A DNA stretch of 64,000 nucleotides, from positions 20,838 to 84,837 of the forward strand of contig JBKHYG010000100.1 of assembly GCA_046565595.1 (NCBI GenBank), given 5' to 3'. Shown in pieces: positions 9,518 through 17,081 of this stretch; the stretch's first letter is position 1, and the number at the start of each line of letters is the position of its first letter. This stretch comes from Actinomycetota bacterium. Its GTDB lineage: Bacteria; Actinomycetota; AC-67. A model generated the notes under the pieces. The model worked only from the letters and a program-made list of their open reading frames with translations, had not been told where the DNA came from and ran no database searches. The position numbers were made by a program, and so were the translations under genes.

Positions 9518-10363
9518 CTACCGGATCTGTTCCAGGAACTTGGCGTATCCGTCGAGTGCCTGCATGGCATCCCCCGGCGAGTCGCACGGCACCCAGAAGA
9601 AGATCTGATCCACGCCCTGGCTCCGCTGGTACTCGATCCGTTCGGGATCTGGCCTCCCGCCGAAGACGGTCAGACGGAAGTCATCCATAGACCTTCCGCG
9701 ATCGGCCAGCGCCTGCTTCAACGATTCCAACGACTCGGTCATGCTGCCCATGCCTGCTATGGGCATCCATCCGTCGCAGAACTCGGCTAGATGCGCGAAG
9801 GTCCTCGGTCCGGGAGCCGCGCCGAGGACGATCGGCGGTCCGCCGGCTTGCGCGGGTTTCGGCCACGACCAGACCGGCCCGAAGGAGACATGTTCTCCTT
9901 CGAACGATGCTTCTTCCTTGGTCCAGAGTTCGCGCATGGCAAGCGCACTCTCGCGCACGAACGCGCGCCGATCCTTGAAGGCGACGCCGTGATTCTCGAG
10001 TTCGTCTTGGTTCCAGCCGTAACCGATCCCAAGGACTGCTCGGCCGCCAGAGAGCACATCCAACGAGGCGATGACCTTGGCCGTCACGATCGGATCACGC
10101 TGTGCCAACAGAGAGATCCCGGTCCACAGTTCGATCCGTTCGGTCACCATGGCGGCTGCAGTCAGCGCGATGAAGGGATCGTGGGTCCGCTTGTAGTACT
10201 CGGGCAACTCTCCGCCGCCGGGGAAGGGGGTCTTACGAGACACGGGGATGTGCGTGTGTTCGGGGAAGGCGATCGCGTCGAATCCGCGTTCCTCGGCAGC
10301 CTTGGCGAACTCGTGTGGAGCCATCGCGTGGTCGGCCGGGAACATCGTCAATCCGAACTTCAT
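9518..10363 (-). CDS. LLM-class F420-dependent (luciferase-like) oxidoreductase
   Basis: Start reassigned to ATG 10363 (MKFGLTMFPADHA...); luciferase-like TIM-barrel signatures FDAIAFPEHTH, LDVLSGGRAVLGIGYGW; track ORF to 10831 is a 156-aa non-homologous upstream extension. Confidence 0.8.
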   Translation of the reverse strand: MKFGLTMFPADHAMAPHEFAKAAEERGFDAIAFPEHTHIPVSRKTPFPGGGELPEYYKRTHDPFIALTAAAMVTERIELWTGISLLAQRDPIVTAKVIASLDVLSGGRAVLGIGYGWNQDELENHGVAFKDRRAFVRESALAMRELWTKEEASFEGEHVSFGPVWSWPKPAQAGGPPIVLGAAPGPRTFAHLAEFCDGWMPIAGMGSMTESLESLKQALADRGRSMDDFRLTVFGGRPDPERIEYQRSQGVDQIFFWVPCDSPGDAMQALDGYAKFLEQIR

Positions 10364-10422
10364 CGGGTCTCCCCCCAGGTCCGTGCTATCCCTATCGGGG
10401 TGAGGATAGAGCTTCGCCTGGC

Positions 10423-11625
10423 TCAGGCCGCGTTCGGGATGACTCGACGGGAGAACTGGTAGCGGTCCTGCCACCACTTGCCGGTGATGCGCTCCAGCGT
10501 TACGCCACCGCGCGCACCCGAGGCATGCAGCAACCAACCGTTTCCGAGCAGCAGGCCAGCGTGTTCCATGCGCGAGGGATCGTTGTCCATATCGAAGAAG
10601 GCGATATCCATCGGAAGCGTGCGCGCGAAGGGATATCGGGTGACGGTGGCCTTCGCCATCTCCGTAGCCGTGCGTGGCTCCAACTTCCAACCGTCGTAAC
10701 CGCGCCAGCGCACCACATCGTATGAAGGGTGTTGCGGCGCCTGAAGAACCCACCATGCGAGTCCTGTGCAGTCGAAGCCGCCTTGGGGTTGCGCGCCGTA
10801 CGGGTAGTCCGGCCCGGTCGGACGGAACCATTCACCGGCGGTCACATACGGGAACCCTGCGTACTTCAGCGCGAACTTGACTGCTTCGATGCGGGCGGGA
10901 GTCATAGCGGGAAGCACGATGTCGGTGAACCCGTCGACCCGCCACGCGTAACTGCTGCGTGTCTGGTCGGTGATCTTGGCGGCCTGAGCCAGCGAGTGGG
11001 CGGCGTGCGCGCGCGTCAGAGCCTGCCCAGGTCGGAGTTCTTCGGCCTCGAACTGGTCGGGCAGGTTGGTGTGCAGGCCCAGCCGTTCGGCCACGATCAG
11101 GAAGCCCGTGCTCCACCAGGGCGCCAGTCGGACGCCGTCCTCGGTCGAAAGTTTCGAGACTGCGGCAGCTTCACGGTAGTAGCCGAGCGCGCGCACCAAC
11201 GCCTGATCCAGGTCACGCCTGGAGACGGGCCCATCGGGACGGAATTCGCCCCCCTTGGGTTTCATCCACCAGCGCGAGACGGCGTAAGGAGCGGCGGACG
11301 CCAGGGGCGTCCCCGGCTCGACATCAGGGAACTCGCGAGTCGAGCTCCAACCTTCTGGGGGCGGGAAGGCTCGGAACATCGCCAACGCCAGATCGCGGCG
11401 CGTGAAGTGGTCTCCCGGCCCGAACCCCTCTTTCCGGGCCGGGATCCACTCCCTGGCTTCGTCAGAGACGAAGCCGATCTGTTCGGCGGCCCAGTGGCCT
11501 GGAGGAACACCCCCGTAGGGGCCGGCCTGGCCTGACTGGGCAGAAGCTGGAGTCGGGGCGGCGGCCAGCAAGCCGACCGCGATCAGAGTCGCGGCCGCGC
11601 GTCGTGGCAAAGCCCCCCGGTTCAT
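10423..11625 (-). CDS. Secreted cell-wall hydrolase: three SLH-like repeats plus C-terminal NlpC/P60 domain
   Basis: Start chosen at ATG 11625 (MNRGALPRRAAATLIAVGLLAAAPTPASA signal peptide); repeats TRRDLALAMFRAF / SRRDLDQALVRALG / TRAHAAHSLAQAA; C-terminal FDCTGLAWWV (Cys) and HAGLLLGNGWLLHAS (His) NlpC/P60 catalytic motifs. Longer track ORF would overlap tRNA-Asp. Confidence 0.6.
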   Translation of the reverse strand: MNRGALPRRAAATLIAVGLLAAAPTPASAQSGQAGPYGGVPPGHWAAEQIGFVSDEAREWIPARKEGFGPGDHFTRRDLALAMFRAFPPPEGWSSTREFPDVEPGTPLASAAPYAVSRWWMKPKGGEFRPDGPVSRRDLDQALVRALGYYREAAAVSKLSTEDGVRLAPWWSTGFLIVAERLGLHTNLPDQFEAEELRPGQALTRAHAAHSLAQAAKITDQTRSSYAWRVDGFTDIVLPAMTPARIEAVKFALKYAGFPYVTAGEWFRPTGPDYPYGAQPQGGFDCTGLAWWVLQAPQHPSYDVVRWRGYDGWKLEPRTATEMAKATVTRYPFARTLPMDIAFFDMDNDPSRMEHAGLLLGNGWLLHASGARGGVTLERITGKWWQDRYQFSRRVIPNAA

Positions 11626-11747
11626 GTGATCAAAGAAGCGTAAGGGGCGCATGGGGTGGGTGGTCAACCCGGAAAGTTTCACTCGATGGTTTAGATGATC
11701 GACTACCGCTAAGCGCCAGGAAGCGGTACACTCCGGCCCTCGTTCCC

Positions 11748-11825
11748 GCCCCTGTGGAGCAGTTTGGAGTGCTCGCCACCCTGTCAAGGTGGAGGCCGCC
11801 GGTTCAAGTCCGGTCAGGGGCGCCA
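11748..11825 (+). tRNA. tRNA-Asp (anticodon GTC), CCA encoded
   Basis: Acceptor GCCCCTG/CAGGGGC perfectly paired, anticodon stem CCACC/GGTGG with loop CTGTCAA, T loop TTCAAGT, discriminator G + CCA. Confidence 0.85.
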
Positions 11826-11832
11826 GACCAGT

Positions 11833-12189
11833 TCAAGCAGAGATATGCCGCGGCTCGTGGCCGTGGCCCAGGTTCAGCCTCTGTTCGGTGGCTGTAGCGA
11901 TCGGATCCTCAAGCGGCGGCTTCGCTGGCCAACCGGGGGTGCCCACCCGAGCGGCATGCAAGACCGTCCGCACCAAGGCGTGGATCTCGTCGATGGGGCC
12001 AGGATGCACGAACTCGATGCCAACGAGCCTGCTACCGATGTGACACCAGACGGAAGGGTCCTGAACGCCCAGGACTTCGAGTTCTTCCGCGACAAGGTCA
12101 AGGATCTGCTCGAAGTGGGACTCTGTGAGGTCAGGGTTGTCGAGTTCCACCTCGTACTCGACGAAGGTCAACTCTGGCTGGGTCGACAA
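11833..12189 (-). CDS. Small acidic hypothetical protein (possible antitoxin-like partner)
   Basis: 118-aa ORF, strongly acidic (E/D-rich: EYEVELDNPDLTESHFEQILDLVAEELEVLG); overlaps upstream basic ORF by 22 nt; no database-type motif recognized. Confidence 0.35.
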   Translation of the reverse strand: MSTQPELTFVEYEVELDNPDLTESHFEQILDLVAEELEVLGVQDPSVWCHIGSRLVGIEFVHPGPIDEIHALVRTVLHAARVGTPGWPAKPPLEDPIATATEQRLNLGHGHEPRHISA

Positions 12190-12494
12190 GCCCGTTCACA
12201 TCCTCTCAATGATCGTTGGACCACCCGCTTGAAGTAGTCACGCTTGGGAGTAAGGTGGACACTGGTCCAATAGCCCCCATGGGGGCATCGCGCCTTGAAG
12301 TATCCCTTCCCCTTCGTGACACGCCAACCCCGCGCCTCCAACTCTCGCAGAACCTGTTCGCCCTCTTTCCGAGGATGCGCAGGCCGTCTCACAAGGGTAC
12401 CTCCCGACGATGCCAGCCCGCAACGGTCCTGCGGGTCGGCGAAGTCGAGAAGGTAAGGGGTGGGCGGTCTCACCGAAGGTTCCGTGTCCCTCAT
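12168..12494 (-). CDS. Small basic protein with weak HicA/YcfA-like pattern (hypothetical)
   Basis: Start placed at ATG 12494 to avoid antisense overlap with tRNA-Phe; segment LRELEARGWRVTKGKGYFKARCPHGGYWTSVHLTPKRDYFKRVVQRSL loosely follows HicA pattern (GW..R.kGSHh.f....G..v.vP.H.kkd...gtl..ilkq) but lacks the GSH catalytic His; GC3 about 70% (lower than neighbors). Confidence 0.3.
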   Translation of the reverse strand: MRDTEPSVRPPTPYLLDFADPQDRCGLASSGGTLVRRPAHPRKEGEQVLRELEARGWRVTKGKGYFKARCPHGGYWTSVHLTPKRDYFKRVVQRSLRGCERACRPSQS

Positions 12495-12596
12495 GAGAGG
12501 ATCGACCGTTTGGGTTCTCTCGCGGGGATGGGATGCGACCACTTGCCCTGACTGCGATAGGCTCCCGCGCCGCCAATCCCCGGTTCCGGGGCGCGC

Positions 12597-12669
12597 GGCC
12601 AGGTAGCTCAGTTGGCAGAGCACGGGTCTGAAGTACCCGGTGTCGGCGGTTCGATTCCGTCCCTGGCCA
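12597..12669 (+). tRNA. tRNA-Phe (anticodon GAA)
   Basis: Acceptor GGCCAGG/CCTGGCC, D arm GCTC-AGTTGGCA-GAGC, anticodon stem CGGGT/ACCCG loop CTGAAGT, T arm GGCGG-TTCGATT-CCGTC, discriminator A. Confidence 0.9.
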
Positions 12670-12745
12670 CCGGTCTATCCTCACCCTGCCGCCGAACGGC
12701 CAAAGGGTCCGTCGTCACCCTGGCGCGCACGCCCGAACAACTGCG

Positions 12746-12774
12746 AAAGCCCCGCCTGTCTAGGACGGGGCTTT
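12746..12774. terminator. GC-rich hairpin flanked by A-tract/T-tract (bidirectional terminator candidate downstream of bldC and tRNA-Phe)
   Basis: AAAGCCCCG(CC)-TGTCTA-(GGA)CGGGGCTTT followed by CATGTTGTTTC on plus strand. Confidence 0.5.
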
Positions 12775-12799
12775 CATGTTGTTTCAGCGTGACGCTAGA

Positions 12800-13006
12800 T
12801 CAGTTGTGATCTGCTCCGCCACGGACGCCTTCCAACAGGCTCATGACCTCGGACTCACGGTAGCGACGGTGGCCACCAAGGGTCCGGATCGAGCTGAGCT
12901 TGCCGGCCTTGGCCCACCGGGTGACCGTCTTCGGGTCAACCCGGAAGAGTGCGGCGACCTCAGCGGGGGTGAGAAGCGTCTCGCTTGAAGACTGCTCCCG
13001 CTTCAT
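12800..13006 (-). CDS. bldC: BldC-like MerR/excisionase-family small DNA-binding developmental regulator
   Basis: 68-aa product from ATG 13006 (RBS GGAGGA): MKREQSSSETLLTPAEVAALFRVDPKTVTRWAKAGKLSSIRTLGGHRRYRESEVMSLL, near-identical in pattern to Streptomyces BldC (LLTPAEVA..FRVDPKTVTRWAKAGKL.SIRTLGGHRRYRE.EV). Confidence 0.8.
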   Translation of the reverse strand: MKREQSSSETLLTPAEVAALFRVDPKTVTRWAKAGKLSSIRTLGGHRRYRESEVMSLLEGVRGGADHN

Positions 13007-13295
13007 GGGCGTTCCTCCTTCCGGCGGCTTTCGCCGCGTCCTGCTCGGGTGTTCATGGTTCCTTCCCATCGACGGTATCGGCATGTTGTCGTTGGGAATG
13101 AACCCTCTGGCCCGAAAAACGACCGAGAAGCCGTTCTGTCACGCCCTTCTACCCGAGCGGCACAAGTTTACCCCTTCTGGGTCGGTTTACACCCACTCTT
13201 CCCTATTTCTTACTAGAGGATGGTCCTGACTTGGGGGCCTCTGCCCAGATCTTAGGGGATGCGCCCAGGTCAGGGGTGGCGCTACCATCCCGGCC

Positions 13296-14342
13296 ATGCC
13301 CATCTTCGAGGCCCTGGGCGACGGCTACGAGCAGATCGTCTTCGGGCACGACAATGCCACGGGGCTGAAGACCATCATCGCCATCTATTCGACAGCGAGA
13401 GGTCCAGCGCTCGGAGGCACCCGTTTCTATCCATATCCCGACGAGGATTCGGCCTTCCAGGACGCTCTGCGTCTAGGGAAGGCCATGGCCTACAAGGCGG
13501 CTTGCGCTGACCTGGCGCTTGGGGGCGGGAAGGCGGTCATCATCGGCGATCCTTCCGCTTCCAAAACGCCCGAGTTGATCGAGGCCTATGCGCGAGTGGT
13601 GGACTCTCTGGGCGGCAGGTACCTCACCTGCGCCGATGTGGGAACCGACGCCGACGACCTGGATGTGATCGGGAAGGTCACCCCGCATGTGACTGGAACG
13701 CACGCTGGTTCGGGCGATCCGAGTCCCGTGACCGCCTATGGGATCTGGCATGGCATGCGTGCGGTCGCCGAGGAAGCGTTGGGCGACACGACCCTGTCTG
13801 GCAAGCATGTGGTCGTCGTGGGTACCGGTAAGGTCGGGGGCGATCTGGCCCGCCGCCTCGCCACAGAGGGTGCCCGCCTGACGCTCTCAGATGTGCACAC
13901 CCCTGCGGTCGAGGCGCTTGCGAAGCAGTTGGGCGCGAGGGTCGTACCCCCAGATATCGCACATGCCGTCGAGTGCGATGTGTTCGCGCCGTGCGCGCTG
14001 GGCGGGATCCTGAACGCCGAGACCATCCCCGAGCTGGCCTGTAAGGCAGTCGCTGGTGCCGCGAACAATCAACTGCTGACACCAGAGGACGGAGAAAGGC
14101 TGGCTGCGCGAGGCATCCTGTACGCGCCAGATTTCGTGATCAACGCCGGCGGGCTGATCAATGCAGAGGACGAGCGGCACGGGTACGACTCCGAACGCGC
14201 CCACAAGAAAGCCGCAGGCATCGCCGACACGCTTCGGCTGATCTTCTCGCGGTCCAAGCAAGAGGGCTGCACCCCGGCAGAGGCCGCCGATCGGCTCGCG
14301 GAAGACAGGATCGCCGAAGCAACCCGTGCGCGCGGCTGGTAG
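13296..14342 (+). CDS. vdh: Glu/Leu/Phe/Val dehydrogenase family: valine/leucine dehydrogenase
   Basis: 348 aa; ELFV-DH N-terminal substrate domain (GPALGGTRFYPY, catalytic K in LGKAMAYKAA...GGGKAVI) and NAD Rossmann GTGKVGG. Confidence 0.85.
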   Translation: MPIFEALGDGYEQIVFGHDNATGLKTIIAIYSTARGPALGGTRFYPYPDEDSAFQDALRLGKAMAYKAACADLALGGGKAVIIGDPSASKTPELIEAYARVVDSLGGRYLTCADVGTDADDLDVIGKVTPHVTGTHAGSGDPSPVTAYGIWHGMRAVAEEALGDTTLSGKHVVVVGTGKVGGDLARRLATEGARLTLSDVHTPAVEALAKQLGARVVPPDIAHAVECDVFAPCALGGILNAETIPELACKAVAGAANNQLLTPEDGERLAARGILYAPDFVINAGGLINAEDERHGYDSERAHKKAAGIADTLRLIFSRSKQEGCTPAEAADRLAEDRIAEATRARGW

Positions 14343-14405
14343 CGCAGGGCCGAAGGTTCGCAGTCCCCGGCGGCGGCTTGCCCCCTCTGGCTAGGCTGTC
14401 TAACG

Positions 14406-14900
14406 ATGATCGAGAAAGACCTCTCCAAGATCGCCGCTAAGACCTTGAAGGGCGCGGGCATAACTGATGGGCCCGTCGACCTCGAGCGGATCATGGCTTA
14501 CCTCCGGCTCCACCATGAGCGACCCTGGCATCTGTCGGCTGACATGTGGGATTCGCTCAACCGTCCCACCCGTGGCCGGACCAGGTTCAAGCAACAGGAG
14601 GCCCGGGGGGTCAACGCCAGGCACAGGTGGCGGCTGGCCCACGAGATCGCCCACCACCTGATCCACGGTGCCGAACCCCACCTTCGAGCGGGGACCTGGG
14701 AGACACACGAACTCGAGTACGAGGCGGACCTATTGGCCGCCGAACTCTTGATGCCGACACCGATGGTGAAGAAGGCGGTGAAGCAGCACGGTGAGGACCT
14801 GGACGGCCTCGCACGGGCTTTCGGCGTTGGATCACGCGAGATGGAGAAGCGACTCCGGGAGCTGGATCTGCTCCCCGAGGAGCTCCATTTCCGCGGCTGA
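14406..14900 (+). CDS. ImmA/IrrE family zinc metallopeptidase (COG2856, DUF955)
   Basis: HExxH in LAHEIAHHLIH followed by E...EYEADLLAAELLMP, the characteristic ImmA/IrrE core; no adjacent XRE-HTH partner gene. Confidence 0.65.
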   Translation: MIEKDLSKIAAKTLKGAGITDGPVDLERIMAYLRLHHERPWHLSADMWDSLNRPTRGRTRFKQQEARGVNARHRWRLAHEIAHHLIHGAEPHLRAGTWETHELEYEADLLAAELLMPTPMVKKAVKQHGEDLDGLARAFGVGSREMEKRLRELDLLPEELHFRG

Positions 14901-14996
14901 ACTGAACAGAGCACATCGCCCGCGACCCGTCACGAGCGGGAGCGGAGCTAAACGGCATCCGGTAGTCGCTAACCGCGACCCAGGGAGGCAACAGCG

Positions 14997-16088
14997 ATGA
15001 AGGGATACTTCGATCCGACGGAGGTCTCGACCGAACAGGTCGAGGTGCTGCGTCCTGACGGCACGCTGGTGCCAGACCACGGCTACGACCTGGATCTGAA
15101 GGAAGAGGATCTGCGGGCGCTGTGGCGACTCATGACGCTGACGCGAGAACTGGACGCCGAGGCGACCAACCTGCAGCGTCAGGGCGAGCTGGGTGTATAC
15201 ACGCCCGCGCTGGGTCAAGAAGGTGCGCAGGCCGGCGCCGCATACGCTCTGGAAGAGGCCGACTGGGTGTTCCCCTCTTATCGCGAACTCGCCTTCAGCG
15301 TGCATCGCGACATCGATGTCGGAGACATCCTCCACCTGTTCCGAGGCACCTGGCACGGTGGACTCTGGGACTATCGCGAGAAGCGGGTCGCGCCGTACTC
15401 GGTTCCGATCGCTACCCAAGCGTTGCATGCGGTGGGGTTCGCGACGGGCGCGAAGATGAGCAACGAGAAGATCGTGACGGTCGCGTGCTTCGGCGACGGC
15501 GCATCCAGCGAAGGCGACTTCCACGAGGCCTGCAACTACGCCGGCGTGTGGGGCGCGCCGGTGGTGTTCTTCTGTCAGAACAACCAGTACGCGATCAGCG
15601 TGCCGCTGTCGAAACAGACCGCCGCGCCGACGCTCGCGGTCCGGGCGCTGGGCTACGGGTTCCGAGGCGTTCGCGTCGATGGCAACGATGTGCTGGCCAG
15701 CTACGCGGTCATGCGGGAGGCGGTGCAGCGTGCGCGCGCTGGCGAGGGTCCCACCTTGATCGAGGCGATGACCTACCGGCGCGGGCCCCATTCGACCGCA
15801 GATGATCCGACCCGGTATCGCACCAACGAAGAGCTCCAAGAGTGGGAGAAGCTCGACCCGATCGCTCGCTTCACCACCTACTGCGACAACGAAGGCGTCC
15901 TGAGCGACGAGTTCCGCGAAGAGGTCATGGCTGAAGCCAAGACCAAGAGGACGGCGCTGCGGAAGTCGATCGTCGGAGCAGGGCCACTCGATCCAGAACT
16001 GCTGTTCAAGCATGTCTACGGCACGCCGGTTCCGGCGCTGGAGAAGCAACACGAACAGTTCCGTCGCGACTACATGCAGGGGGCCTGA
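14997..16088 (+). CDS. bkdA: Branched-chain alpha-keto acid (2-oxoisovalerate) dehydrogenase E1 alpha subunit, TPP-dependent
   Basis: 363 aa; TPP-binding GDG...N motif (CFGDGASSEGDFHEACN) and E1-alpha phosphorylation-loop region YR.GPHSTADD. Confidence 0.85.
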   Translation: MKGYFDPTEVSTEQVEVLRPDGTLVPDHGYDLDLKEEDLRALWRLMTLTRELDAEATNLQRQGELGVYTPALGQEGAQAGAAYALEEADWVFPSYRELAFSVHRDIDVGDILHLFRGTWHGGLWDYREKRVAPYSVPIATQALHAVGFATGAKMSNEKIVTVACFGDGASSEGDFHEACNYAGVWGAPVVFFCQNNQYAISVPLSKQTAAPTLAVRALGYGFRGVRVDGNDVLASYAVMREAVQRARAGEGPTLIEAMTYRRGPHSTADDPTRYRTNEELQEWEKLDPIARFTTYCDNEGVLSDEFREEVMAEAKTKRTALRKSIVGAGPLDPELLFKHVYGTPVPALEKQHEQFRRDYMQGA

Positions 16089-16092
16089 AGCC

Positions 16093-17070
16093 ATGGCAGA
16101 GATGACTCTCGCGCAAGCGTTGAACGCAGGGCTGCGTGATGCGATGCGCGACGATGACAAGGTCATGGTCATGGGCGAGGATGTCGGCACTTCCGGCGGC
16201 GTCTTCCGCATCACCGACGGCCTGCAGAAAGAGTTCGGCGAGGATCGCGTCCGAGACACTCCGCTCGCGGAATCCGGCATCGTAGGGACAGCTGTCGGGC
16301 TGGCGATCTACGGCTACAAGCCGGTCTGCGAGATGCAGTTCGACGGATTCACCTATCCAGCGTTCGAGCAGATAGTGAGCCATTGCGCGAAGATGCGTTC
16401 GCGGACGATGGGCAAACTGAACCTGCCGATCGTGATCCGCATCCCCTACGGCGGCGGCATCGGCGCGGTCGAACATCACTCAGAATCTCCCGAGGCATAC
16501 TTCACCCACACCGCAGGCTTGAAGGTCGTGACGCCCTCGACGCCGACCGACGGCTACTACCTGATGCGTCAAGCGATCGAAGACCCAGATCCTGTGATCT
16601 TCCTCGAGCCGAAACGGCGTTACTGGATCAAGGAAGATGTCTCGCTGCCGGTGACCGACGCGCCACCCATGGGCAAGGCGCGGGTGGTCCGCGAAGGTGC
16701 GGACTGCACGCTGATCAGTTACGGGCCGTCGATGCGGACCGTCGCCGAAGCAGCAGAAGAAGCTGCGAAGGATGGCGTCAACTGCGAGGTGCTGGACCTG
16801 CGGTCGCTGCGTCCCTGCGACTGGGAGACGGTCATGGAATCGGTCAAGAAGACCGGGCGCGCGGTGGTCATCACCGAAGCGAATGTGAGTGGTTCGGTCG
16901 CCGCTGAGGTCGCGGCCCGCATCCAGGAAGCTGATTTCCTGTCGCTGCACGCGCCGGTGTTGCGCGTAGGTGGGTATGACATCCCGTATCCCCCAGCCAA
17001 GGTCGAGGACCTGTACCTGCCCGACATCGATAAGGTTCTAGACGCCGTCGACTCGGTGCTGAACTACTAG
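16093..17070 (+). CDS. bkdB: Branched-chain alpha-keto acid dehydrogenase E1 beta subunit
   Basis: Start at ATG 16093 (MAEMTLAQALNAGLRDAM...), 5 nt after E1-alpha stop; transketolase-like pyrimidine-binding and C-terminal domains (VMGEDVG..GGVF, EPKRRYW). Confidence 0.85.
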   Translation: MAEMTLAQALNAGLRDAMRDDDKVMVMGEDVGTSGGVFRITDGLQKEFGEDRVRDTPLAESGIVGTAVGLAIYGYKPVCEMQFDGFTYPAFEQIVSHCAKMRSRTMGKLNLPIVIRIPYGGGIGAVEHHSESPEAYFTHTAGLKVVTPSTPTDGYYLMRQAIEDPDPVIFLEPKRRYWIKEDVSLPVTDAPPMGKARVVREGADCTLISYGPSMRTVAEAAEEAAKDGVNCEVLDLRSLRPCDWETVMESVKKTGRAVVITEANVSGSVAAEVAARIQEADFLSLHAPVLRVGGYDIPYPPAKVEDLYLPDIDKVLDAVDSVLNY

Positions 17071-17081
17071 GAGAGCCAACC

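Noticed and set aside
9518-10831. 437-aa version of the LLM oxidoreductase ORF
   Set aside because: First 156 residues are low-complexity with no homology; conserved luciferase-like N-terminus begins at MKFGLTMF (ATG 10363).
10423-11787. 454-aa version of the NlpC/P60 ORF
   Set aside because: Extension would run antisense through tRNA-Asp (11748..11825); signal peptide begins at MNRG (11625).
12238-12684. 148-aa minus-strand ORF and N-terminal part of ORF 12168..12623
   Set aside because: Directly antisense to tRNA-Phe (12597..12669); translation MLCQLSYLAARPG is the reverse complement of the tRNA.
13678-14082. Antisense ORFs within vdh (13473..13808, 13678..14082, 13736..14068)
   Set aside because: Overlap a well-supported dehydrogenase gene on the opposite strand; Arg/Pro/Ser-rich.
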